From Blepharisma stoltei ATCC 30299 (taxonomy: Eukaryota > Protista > Ciliophora), in contig CBFDEM010000034.1 of assembly GCA_965603825.1 (NCBI GenBank), forward strand, positions 124,001-188,000: a DNA stretch of 64,000 nt. Direction: 5' to 3'. Under the pieces are notes generated by a model, which did no database searches, was not told the origin of the DNA, and was given only the letters and a program-made list of their open reading frames with translations. Of this stretch, positions 11,698 through 21,805 are shown piece after piece (positions within the stretch are counted from its first letter, which is position 1; every line of letters begins with the position of its first letter). Position numbers and translations under genes: made by a program.

Positions 11698-12206
11698 ATC
11701 TTTAATTTTTAGAAAAGATTAAACAGTAAGTATCTTTTTCTAACTAATCTGAATTATGTGCTAATCCCATTTTGTCACTCCACAAATTGCGAATTCATTA
11801 GATTTTCTAATTAAATAAAATAGAATGAATAACATATTAATAACTTACATTTTAAATTTTATTATAGAAAATGCATTTGAATTATAATTAATAAGTCTGG
11901 TGCTCTAGAAAGCTACGCGTTAGCAATTCAAATGAATAAAAATCTGTCACAATCATTCACAAAATAGCATTCATTTAAGATCTGTTACCTCTTTTTTCTT
12001 TATGATTGTTTATAATCCCATAAAGAAAATGATTTATTCACCTCTTATTATTTAAATTTCTTATTTCACCTATTTAATCAGCATTTTTATATCCCTCACC
12101 TAAGTTTGCTCATTAATGGTATTTCACTTCTGAAAACCCAAAAAGCCTTATTTTTCAATATTTTTATATACCAAAAAGCAATCCTCAAAATTATTTATAA
12201 ACAATA

Positions 12207-14348
12207 ATGGGCTGTGCACTCTGCAAAAAACAAACGAATAAAGTAAAACTCGCACCTATTATCCAACAAGAAGTCCAAGAAATCGAAGAAGTCGCATATT
12301 TACCAATAACAGCTCTAGAAGAAGACCTCGATTTAAAATCAATTGTAGAGCTAAATATAAGTTGTCAAAATCTCCCTTGCGATTCCAGCAAAAAAATAAA
12401 CCCTATGGTCGTTTTCTTCACCCAAAATGAAAGCGGGGATTGGCTTGAGGACACTCGAACTGAAATACAAAAAGGGAACCAAAATCCAGCATTTATTTCG
12501 TCAGTAAAGGTATCCTACAGCTTTGAAAAACAAATGCATTTTAAGCTAGAAGTCTATGATATGAAGTACCCAAGTGATGAGAGCTTAAGATCCCAGATAC
12601 TCCTAGGCTGTTCCTTTTTCAATATTCACGAAATCGTTTGTTCATCAGAAATGGCTGTTACGAAAGACATTGAAAATTTATCTATGAAGTCTAAGAGCAT
12701 GGGAACACTCACGATCAGGTTTGAAGAGTCAAGCTCCAAAAACTTTTTAGTCAAAATGAAGTGGGGAATGACCTCAAATATCAAAGGAAACATTTGTATT
12801 AGGCTGTCCAGAGCATCTGATAAAGATTTTGTTCCAATTTATCAGAGCGAGACATTGTCAAGCTTCCTAACTAAAGGAGTTTTGGCTTGGCACACAATTG
12901 AAATGTCAATGAACAAGCTCTGCAGAGGCGATGAAAGCCGGCCTATAAGACTTGAATTATTAAGAGCGGATCTCAAAAAACAAGAATTTTTAGGCTTATG
13001 CATTTTTACCTTAGCGGAGCTTAAAAGCACTGTAAATTTCCAAACTTTTATTACAAATAACGAAAAAGTGATATCTCAAATTATGTTGAAGGAGTTTGTA
13101 TTTGAAGAAAGAATTTCCTTTTTAGATTACGTTTTTGGAGGATGTGAAATTTCTTTGATAGTCGGTATAGATTTCACAAAAAGTAACGGCGACCCATCAG
13201 CAAGTGGAACTTTACACAATTTGGATAGTGGAGATTTAAATGAATATACTCATGCTCTTAAAGCAGTAGGTGATATTTTACAGTATTATGATTCAGACAA
13301 AAAAATACCTGTTTACGGGTTTGGGGCAAAGCTTCCGCCTAATTTTGATGTGATTTCTCATTGTTTTGCCCTTAACGGGAATTTTTTTGATCCTGAAGTA
13401 AATGGGGTTGACGGTGTTTTGGATTCTTATAAATCAGCTGTAGCTTCAGTGAAATTTCATGGGCCTACTATATTCAATGAGATAACAACCATAGCAAACG
13501 ATTTTGCAGCTAATGCAAATGTATCACAGAAAACTCAGCAATATTTTATTTTGCTTATTTTGACAGATGGAATTATCAATGACCTTGAGTCTACAATTGA
13601 TGAAGTTGTAAGAGGAAGTGAACTTCCTTTAAGCATTATCATCGTTGGGGTTGGAAAAGAAGATTTTTCTGCTATGCAACAGCTGGATGCTGATGGGGAA
13701 CCTTTATATTCAAAAAAATACCAAAAGAGGGCAATTAGGGATATAGTTCAATTTGTGCCTTTTAGTAAGTTTAATGATAATCCTATGACTTTAGCAAGAG
13801 AAGTTCTTTTTGAGGTTCCGAATCAATTTTTAAGCTATATGAAAATGCATGATATTAAGCCAAATCAGCCTCAGGTGGAAGAAAGTAAATATAATAAAAG
13901 CTATGCGAGGACGCAAACTAGTAAAGTGCTTTCAAGTCGATCAAATAACTCATCAACTTCAAGTTTGTTGGAAAAAATGAAGTCTCAATTTATAAATGAC
14001 CTATCTCAAATTGGCTATAGTAGGCATAATATACTCGAAGTCATTGACAAAGGAATTTCATGTATGAATGCCCAGTTAGCAGGAGAACTTATAACTATCG
14101 CTAAATCTTCCAAATCAGTAAAAAAATCAGCTTTAAAAAAGTCATCAGCAGCCTCATCTCCAAAAGGACCTAACACAAACTTTGAAAACTCTCCAAGATG
14201 CATGCTTTGTCATCAAAATCCTATAGAATTATATGTTAAAGACTGTGGGCATGAAATTGCTTGTTTGCAATGCATTAATTTAATAGGAAATAAATGTCCT
14301 ATTTGTTCCAGCAGGGTAACGAAATGCATACAAAAATTTTCTAATTAA
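12207..14348 (+). CDS. Copine (C2-C2-vWA) with N-terminal acylation motif and C-terminal RING finger
   Basis: MGCALC; GIDFTKSNG, YGFGAK, GPT, LILTDG, LPLSIIIVGVG, RDIVQFVPF; C-terminal CxxC..CGH..CxxC..CPIC. Confidence 0.92.
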   Translation: MGCALCKKQTNKVKLAPIIQQEVQEIEEVAYLPITALEEDLDLKSIVELNISCQNLPCDSSKKINPMVVFFTQNESGDWLEDTRTEIQKGNQNPAFISSVKVSYSFEKQMHFKLEVYDMKYPSDESLRSQILLGCSFFNIHEIVCSSEMAVTKDIENLSMKSKSMGTLTIRFEESSSKNFLVKMKWGMTSNIKGNICIRLSRASDKDFVPIYQSETLSSFLTKGVLAWHTIEMSMNKLCRGDESRPIRLELLRADLKKQEFLGLCIFTLAELKSTVNFQTFITNNEKVISQIMLKEFVFEERISFLDYVFGGCEISLIVGIDFTKSNGDPSASGTLHNLDSGDLNEYTHALKAVGDILQYYDSDKKIPVYGFGAKLPPNFDVISHCFALNGNFFDPEVNGVDGVLDSYKSAVASVKFHGPTIFNEITTIANDFAANANVSQKTQQYFILLILTDGIINDLESTIDEVVRGSELPLSIIIVGVGKEDFSAMQQLDADGEPLYSKKYQKRAIRDIVQFVPFSKFNDNPMTLAREVLFEVPNQFLSYMKMHDIKPNQPQVEESKYNKSYARTQTSKVLSSRSNNSSTSSLLEKMKSQFINDLSQIGYSRHNILEVIDKGISCMNAQLAGELITIAKSSKSVKKSALKKSSAASSPKGPNTNFENSPRCMLCHQNPIELYVKDCGHEIACLQCINLIGNKCPICSSRVTKCIQKFSN

Positions 14349-14386
14349 CTGTTATTGTATGAGTTAATTTTGGCTGTTTTAAATAA

Positions 14387-15394
14387 TTATTTAATTTTTT
14401 GGTTCAAGATCGCAACATTATTTGAAATCGAACCCCGATTGGCTTCAATTCCTGCTCTTAATTCTTCGATTATAGATCCTGACTGGCTAATTTCTGAAAG
14501 CAAAGCATCAGTGCTTGTTTCTAAATCTAAAAGTTGAGAATCTAATTGTAAATGTGCAGCATAAATAGGAGAAGAAAATTTAATTTTTTCTATTATCTGG
14601 GGGAGTTTTGAAACTTCAGATAAATGCTGAAATGTGTCTCTGTGAAGATTTTTTATGGCTTCAATAGATTCTGGAGATGCTTGGACTTCAGTTCTGCTTG
14701 AAAGCATGATATCTAGATCGGTCCCTAAATGCCTTGCTTGATCTGTTAGTTTTTCCAGCAGCTCTGAGTTTATAAACCTAGTTTTCGATATAAATTCAGC
14801 TAAGCTTTCATTTGCTGGTTTAGATTGCTTCCAGTTCCCTACAATGAACTCTAGCTCTCTGATTTTATTATCAAGCCTCGCAATTCTGCTTTTCTCTTCG
14901 GAATCATTCAGCTGCATTTCAAATAAAAACCCTCCAGTTAATTTTTCCCCATCATTGGTTTCTTTTTTCTCTCTATTTGGTTTAAAATTAATTTTCGAGT
15001 TCTGAATCTGTACATGTGAAGCAGTTTCCATTTTCGCTTTGACATTTTCAATCATTTCCCCTAGTTCTAAAACTTCATTCAACAGTTCAGCGTTTTCATT
15101 TATATCTTTCCTTTGGCTTTCCAGCTCCTCTCTTATTGATTTCAGTTCTTTTTCTAGCATATTTACTCTATCATTTCTATTAGAAATTTCTTTTCTCTCC
15201 TTTAAGTAATCATATCTGGCTTGCTTTCTTCCGAGTGAATTAAAATAATCAAATATTTCTGTCATGGATTTGTCTCTTGGCTTAGACTCAATTCCTAAGC
15301 TTTGTGAAAAAACTTTAGGCTCAATTTCTTCATTGATTTCTTCAATTGTTTTCTGAAAATCAGGAGTTTCTAATACTTGAGCTTTTCCTTCCAT
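14387..15394 (-). CDS. DCTN2: Dynactin subunit 2 (p50/dynamitin)-like
   Basis: N-terminal V.ETPD, IARLDNKIRELEFIVG, LPQIIEKI, C-terminal N...ISNNVAILNQKI; coiled coils. Confidence 0.6.
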   Translation of the reverse strand: MEGKAQVLETPDFQKTIEEINEEIEPKVFSQSLGIESKPRDKSMTEIFDYFNSLGRKQARYDYLKERKEISNRNDRVNMLEKELKSIREELESQRKDINENAELLNEVLELGEMIENVKAKMETASHVQIQNSKINFKPNREKKETNDGEKLTGGFLFEMQLNDSEEKSRIARLDNKIRELEFIVGNWKQSKPANESLAEFISKTRFINSELLEKLTDQARHLGTDLDIMLSSRTEVQASPESIEAIKNLHRDTFQHLSEVSKLPQIIEKIKFSSPIYAAHLQLDSQLLDLETSTDALLSEISQSGSIIEELRAGIEANRGSISNNVAILNQKIK

Positions 15395-15409
15395 TTATTA
15401 AACTAACTA

Positions 15410-16219
15410 TTAAATAAAGAATCCCAGGATTAAGGCAGATACGAAAAGTGACTTGCTAAAGCTTTCTTGAACATCGACCCCGTCAAAGAAATAAATAACT
15501 CTTCCATTTAATTCTTGCGTGTTTCTGTTATTCCCATGCCCATTTGCAAATTCTTTATTCTCTGCCCAGAATTTTGAAAACCAACTGAGTTGTGTTGAAT
15601 CTAAATCAAGAAGCTTCGGCCATATAAACCAGTTCACAATTTCTGAGCACGGAGGAGTAGTCAATGATCCTTGGTAATGATAAAAATTGTTTAATTGCGT
15701 GACACCATCAAAAGCGTCACTTAATTTTATTGTAGTTTTAGCTGTATATGCATCAATCACAGAATTTATGAATTTGTTTGTTTTTCCATTTACGTGAAAC
15801 AGCAGGCCAAGAACGTAATAAATAATTCCATCTTCATCGTCAGTCATTACAATATGCATTTCAAGGTCGAATTGCTTACCACTGATCATGTGCTCAGATG
15901 GAGAATGGAAATGAAATCCGATAGATTTTCCATGAGTTTGAAGGCTCCCATAGTTTTCAGTCACGTTCAGGAAATTTCCACTGAGTTTGTAGTTATGACT
16001 TGTGAGGTTGCCTAAAACGTCTAATTTTTGAAAGTGCAAGTCAAGTGAGTCCATAACTTCTGAACCTCTTTGGATTACAGTCAAATTTTCAGGAAAAATG
16101 TCTATTGGCGATTGGTTAAGGCCGTCTTCACATTTTCCTTCCCAATCAGCTCCTCCATGAGTGTAATTTCATTCTTCAGCAAGCAAGCCCATAAACCCTA
16201 ATAAAAGCGGTGATACCAT
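15410..16219 (-). CDS. Alpha-carbonic anhydrase, secreted and probably GPI-anchored; 1 TGA=Trp
   Basis: Signal peptide, then (TGA)WNY..GADW..C..NQSPIDI, FHFHSPSEH, EMHIV, YQGSLTTPPCSE; hydrophobic C-terminal tail. Confidence 0.93.
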
Positions 16220-16275
16220 TTATTAGCCTAATAAATATTAACTGGAATTACCATTATTACTATAATAAATTTTTT

Positions 16276-18102
16276 CTATAACATTATTTTCTTTCTCTTA
16301 TCAGACTGAATTTTCTTTCTGTTTAAAATTTTCTTCTTCCTTTTCTTCTTAGGATTTTCATCACCTGAATAATCAGAATCAACTGCATCATCATCATTTT
16401 CTTCAAGCTCTCTTGGATATAATATTTCTAGCTCTTCTAAAATCATTTTGACTTTCCCTCTATCTGGGTCACAGAAATCTAATATCGCATCACAAAAATT
16501 ATGCCCTATCTCTTGAAAATGTTCAGTGCTAAAATGAAAATCTGCATGCTTCCCAAAATCTGACCCACAAAAAGAGGATTCAAGCGTATAGCTGTTTATA
16601 ATAGAAAATTCTTTATACAACACAATTCTAGCCGTAGCCTCCTTAGATTTTTGAATACCAAATACACAGTCTTTAAAGCTAAAAATATCAGAAACCCTTT
16701 CTAATAGCCTGGGGAAAATTCTTTCTTTAAGCTTTGTGCGGCCTGCGCATCCATACATGAAAATGTTTTTTTTACGTGAATGCCCATGGAAATCAACTGA
16801 CAAAACAATATCATATTCTTCAAGTGTTTTTTTTACCAAATTTTTCGCATGATAAATTGTTGGGTTGAACTTTCGGTTCGGCTCAATTCAGCACCTATTT
16901 AAATCAACTCCAGAAAGCCCACATCTATATGATCCATTGACAACTCCGTCTGGATTTAGCATAGGGATAACTTTAAACACAAAGTTATCTCTGAGGATTT
17001 TCGCATCAAGAGTAGGACCGACCAAATAGTCAATAATCCCTTTCATAATCCATGACGAATTTGTTTCTCCTGGGTGCACCCTTGAGGTTAAAAATACTGC
17101 TTTTCTTCCTTTCATAGCTTCTGGATCGTTAAAAGTGGTAATAGTCAATATTTCACAGTCATTCCCTGCTTCTGATTCACATAGAACACTTCTTCTGACC
17201 CTATTTTTCTTTTTAGGATCAGTTGTTATAGCCGTAATATAATTACACAGATCTGTATAAGTATAAGGATAGCAGTGTGCAAAATAAACCGTATCAAAAT
17301 CATATGTAAAATTCACTGCAAATGTAAGTGAATAATAATAACCCCCTGCTTTTCTCCTCATATTATTTTGAAAATAACAAATATCCTGCCCACATCTGAC
17401 CCAGCCTCTTCTATGCCTATTTGCATCATTTACAGAATACATTAAAGGCTTCATTCCAAAGTTATATAAAGAGTCTGGCTTCATCATATTGATGATATTG
17501 AACTTATAAGTTTTATCTGACCTTGTGTTTTCTACAGAAAAGAAATACCATTGGGTATTTCCTCTTGTGTTATGGTCTGGCTTAAGGATTAAATCATACT
17601 CGAACTCATATACTTGGACAGCTCTTCTCAGGTTTCCAGACTCAAACCTGGACTCAAATACAAGGGTGTAATCATCTTTTGATGAAGGCACATAAAAACT
17701 AGGCAACTGATTAGGGAACTCTGCTTCATGGACTTGTGGGCTGGGGTCGATGCTGTCGTATACAACTCGGTTCATTAAATTTTCTTGATGGCTCATTCTT
17801 TCTGCGTCGCGCCTTATATTTTCTTCTAGGATCCCGTCCTTAGCAACAGAAATGGGCTCGTATGGCTCCATGTCTTCGATGAACTCGTGAAGCCTTTGCA
17901 TCATAGGGAGTCCTGTGCCCGTTTTAAAATTAAGGTGATAGGTGCTTGGCTCTGGGTTCGCAAACGCTGGCAACTGGGATTCTATGTCATCTTTGACTTC
18001 TTCGTTTGGGATTATTTCGGCTGGCGGCTCTTCAAATAGCTCAATTAAATGAATTTCTGATGATTTTCGCATCAGCTCTGATTCATTGATTTGAATATCC
18101 AT
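16276..18102 (-). CDS. Cytosolic carboxypeptidase (CCP/AGBL/Nna1 tubulin deglutamylase family); 1 TGA=Trp
   Basis: FESGNL, QWYFF, YPYTY, SRVHPGE, NPDGV, DLNRC(TGA=W), DFHGHS, SYTLESSF. Confidence 0.93.
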
Positions 18103-18116
18103 TATAAGAATTTACA

Positions 18117-19889
18117 TTAGTTTTTAGGTTTAGGAGACTTTCCTCTTTGCAGCTTCATTAAATCGGCTAAGAGCTCTCGCTCTCGAGCTTGAAGTTGCTC
18201 CACCCTTTTTTGCATTTGTTCGTTATATTCCCTTAGCTGTGCCATGTCTTCTTGAGGGGTAATCATAGGGGTTCCTTCGCCTTTTTTAAAGAGCATCTGT
18301 GCTTGTTCTTCTTGTAATGCTGATAAACGCTTTTTTAGGTTAGCATTTTCATTGAGGAGAGTACTAATTGTATACTCTTGGGAAATTTTTGGCGCCGCTT
18401 CATCTTTTAAGCTGGTGGACCCAACAAAGGCGTATTCTAAATTTTCAAGTTTTATGTGCATGCTTTGGTTATCAATCATCGACTGATGATAAGATGCCTC
18501 TGCTTTTTCTTTGGATTCTCTGAGCTTGGCATTTTCTTCTCTCAGCTTATTTACTTCAAATGTGAATTCTTGGAGAACTGGATCTTGGGCAGGATTATTC
18601 TGGTTGCTATAGTTGTTAGCAATGTCAACCATCAGAGGAGGCTGGCCATTTGTGGCACGGGCAAGCTGCTCTTTTAGATACTCGTTTTCTAGCCTAAGTA
18701 GCTGAGCTTCTCTTCTTAGATTTAATATCAAGTATTCACTATTATCTACCTGCAAGATAGGCTTATTTTGAATATTCATAGCTCTTGTTGCATAATTCAG
18801 GGTGCTTGCTGTCTCTTCTATATATGAAGAAGCAGGCGAGACACAAGCAATCATTATAGCTCTTGACGAGCCTCCTAACGAATCCATCAGCACCATTGTC
18901 AACTTGGAATCTCTGTACGGTATATGTGGCTTTAAAGCATTCCCTTTCTTATCCCCAAGTGACGAAATCACTTTTCCCAGTGTAAACAGCGACTTATTTA
19001 TATTTTTCGTCTCGTTCAGCATCCCACCACTGCTTTTAGTCTCTTTTATTCTTTCACTTCCAGCTAAATCCACAAAGTACATTTTCCCATACCTTTTATA
19101 GCTATGCCCTTCTTCTGAGGTTATTTCACTTATGAAATACACCATCAAAATTGAGTGTGACCTTGAGCTGTCCGCATTAAGCTCATGGCTTCCACTTTTC
19201 CTATTTTTCATCCCTTCATGCAGCACAGCAATTAAATCATCAATATTGGTGCAGTCAACGATCATAAGCTCTTCTACAAAGAATCCTTGTTTAGAGTTCC
19301 ACCTGCAATGCAAAACCCCTGATCCTGGGTTTAATAAATCTCTCACCTGCTCATTATAGATTTCAAAGAACCCAGATTTGACGTAATATCTTTCTTGTCT
19401 GGAAGACATTCTTTGCCAAATATAAGAAATCGACCTTGGGATAATTCCATCAGTTTCATCAGAGGTGTATTCAGCGCCACCAAGCCTGTCTTCGACGCCT
19501 GCCATGCTATAGGTTTTTCCACTGCCTGTTTGTCCATATGCGAACACAGTGCATGAGTATCCTTCTAAGGCACTTTCTAGAAGAGAATTTATCCCAGTCT
19601 CTGCAAAAACTTCAGCTTGATTGGTAGAAACATCGAAAATTTGGTGAAATGCATATTGTCGCACGCCAGTTTTCATTTGGAGAGTCAGGAGCTGAGGATT
19701 TTGAACTTCAATACAGTTTGCATTTCCTTGTGAAATTTCTCTTTGGTTAAGTGGCCGAATCCTTACACAGACACGAATGCTTTCACTTCCTTCTTGTTCA
19801 AGACTTATGGAGTTTCCGCTGACTGAAGGGGGATGGCTTATTGGTGGCTTGCTAGTGCTCGCTGTCGACTTTTGTGATGAAACTTGCAT
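18117..19889 (-). CDS. N-terminal-motor kinesin, KIF12/kinesin-16-like
   Basis: GQTGSGKT, RWNSKQGFFVEEL, SSRSH, DLAGSE, HIPYRDSKLT; C-terminal coiled coil. Confidence 0.9.
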   Translation of the reverse strand: MQVSSQKSTASTSKPPISHPPSVSGNSISLEQEGSESIRVCVRIRPLNQREISQGNANCIEVQNPQLLTLQMKTGVRQYAFHQIFDVSTNQAEVFAETGINSLLESALEGYSCTVFAYGQTGSGKTYSMAGVEDRLGGAEYTSDETDGIIPRSISYIWQRMSSRQERYYVKSGFFEIYNEQVRDLLNPGSGVLHCRWNSKQGFFVEELMIVDCTNIDDLIAVLHEGMKNRKSGSHELNADSSRSHSILMVYFISEITSEEGHSYKRYGKMYFVDLAGSERIKETKSSGGMLNETKNINKSLFTLGKVISSLGDKKGNALKPHIPYRDSKLTMVLMDSLGGSSRAIMIACVSPASSYIEETASTLNYATRAMNIQNKPILQVDNSEYLILNLRREAQLLRLENEYLKEQLARATNGQPPLMVDIANNYSNQNNPAQDPVLQEFTFEVNKLREENAKLRESKEKAEASYHQSMIDNQSMHIKLENLEYAFVGSTSLKDEAAPKISQEYTISTLLNENANLKKRLSALQEEQAQMLFKKGEGTPMITPQEDMAQLREYNEQMQKRVEQLQARERELLADLMKLQRGKSPKPKN

Positions 19890-20239
19890 AATTTTCTTTA
19901 TGAAAATAGGTAATTATGAAAAAAGTTTAAAATTTGCAAGTCTTTCTTATTTATATGGCTGAAATTATCAATAATAAATTTAAAAGAATTAAACTGAGAA
20001 TGCGAAATGATAGCAGATATTTAAAATTTATCACGATTAAGTCAGGCTATTATTTAAATAAAAAAATATTTTATTTGCCTAAGAATGCAATTTTTCGATA
20101 AAAAGAAATATTATAAATATTTAAGCCATATATAAGAGCGTTTTTTGATCAGAACATCAATTCTGGGGCTAGTATAAAAATGGAGGATTTTAATAATGGT
20201 ATAAAAAAGGAACAATTTATATGAAAAATGGTTACTGTA

Positions 20240-20749
20240 TTAGTGTCCTGCATTCCATTGTCCACTTGCACTGTAAGAAGATTTGACTGAGTTTACAGAT
20301 TTTTCATCGCATTCGTTGCTTTCATCCCAGTCATCAACTTCAATGCATTTTACAGAAGCTCCTCTTGGTCCTCTTTCTCCTTTATCTCCTTTGCAGCCTT
20401 GTGGTCCTTGTAGACCTTGGCATCCTCTCTCTCCTTTTTCGCCGCATGGCCCTTGGAGACCTTGGCAACCTCTTTCTCCTTTATCTCCTTTGCAACCTTG
20501 TTCTCCTTTTGGGCCAGGGCAGCCTTGTGGACCGCATGGGCCTTGAGGACCTGGTGGACCTTGACAGCCTCTCTCACCTTTTTCTCCTTTCTCGCCTTTG
20601 ACAATTTTAACTTGTTCATCGCATTCATTATATTCGTCTCTTGAACCGTACTCGCTACCTTCGGTCTCAACAAATTCTGTTTTGAATACTTTTGGTGTTG
20701 CTGCAAAGACCGCAAGAGATAAGGTCATCAGAATTGCGAATTTGATCAT
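20240..20749 (-). CDS. Secreted Cys-rich short collagen-like protein
   Basis: Signal peptide and 27 uninterrupted Gly-X-Y triplets. Confidence 0.88.
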   Translation of the reverse strand: MIKFAILMTLSLAVFAATPKVFKTEFVETEGSEYGSRDEYNECDEQVKIVKGEKGEKGERGCQGPPGPQGPCGPQGCPGPKGEQGCKGDKGERGCQGLQGPCGEKGERGCQGLQGPQGCKGDKGERGPRGASVKCIEVDDWDESNECDEKSVNSVKSSYSASGQWNAGH

Positions 20750-21179
20750 ATTTTTTATAATCAGCTAAAATTCTGGAAAATATCTGTTTTTAGCCATGGA
20801 TTTAAAAATCAAGATGGCTAGTAAAATTAATCAGAGCGAAAAAATTAATTATCTATATATTTCAATTAATCATTATTTAAATTATTTTGAAATTTAGATT
20901 TTGTTCAAGCAATTTCTAACTGAAAAAAATATAAACTGAAATTTTAATCCAAAAAATATAGACATTTTTTCTTGGTTAATGATAAAATAAAATAATTATA
21001 TTATTTTGAGCAATTGCATTGCTTTATCCCGATGTTTTCCTCTGATTAGTAATTTGAATAGCCCGATGAAATTATTCTGACCCATTTTTCCTGCTTGATC
21101 TTAGCTTGATGAGGCATAGCCATATATAACTTATTATTCTACACCAGGACTCAGCTTATTAGCTTAATTCACTTTCAGA

Positions 21180-21510
21180 AATACCTCTTATCTTTTTTTT
21201 TCCTGTGCTCCTTGCTCCTTTTTGCCTTAGAAACCTTGGCACCTCTTTTTCTCCTTTTTTTAAGCAGCTTTGCTCAATGCTTGATAGACAATCTCGTGAG
21301 CCAGCTTGATCTTCAGAAATTGATTGACTTTGGTAGCCTCTCTCACATTTTCCTCTTTTTCATCTTTAATAATTTTGACATGCTAGCATAATTGTTCTTA
21401 TAGATTCTAACATGATTTGCCTTCACTTTCTATAAACTTTTTTGAAGGTTTAGTGTCACTACTAAATTTTTAAGTTATTAAAACCATCAAAATTGCCAGT
21501 TTGACAATAT
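21180..21510 (-). pseudogene. Decayed tandem copy of the collagen-like gene (boundaries approximate)
   Basis: Reads IVKLAILMVLIT*...KFIESEG..*..*EQLC*HVKIIKDEKEE versus [10 protein letters not shown]...EFVETEG...[16 protein letters not shown]; ATG lost, TAA/TAG stops and frameshifts. Confidence 0.75.
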
Positions 21511-21805
21511 TTATTGAAGGTCATAATTTTAAATTAATTGGCTGTTTGTTGATCCAAAGATTTACTAAAAATTATTTGTATCTTCGAACCAATAACAAAT
21601 TTTTGAATAATATTGTTTTTCTCCTTTCCGTGCCCTTAAGGAGCAAAAAGCTGAGTTTCCAGATCCCTCAATAAGAAAAAGTTAAGCTAGCCAGATTTGT
21701 AAAAGCATATATAGTTAACTCCCTCTCATCTAAAATATTATTATCAAACCTTGTCATTATTCAATGAATGCTTTGAAATAATAAACCATAATAAAAATAA
21801 AAGAG

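Noticed and set aside
20283-20715. Alternative-frame and antisense ORFs over the collagen gene
   Set aside because: Shadows of Gly-X-Y codon periodicity
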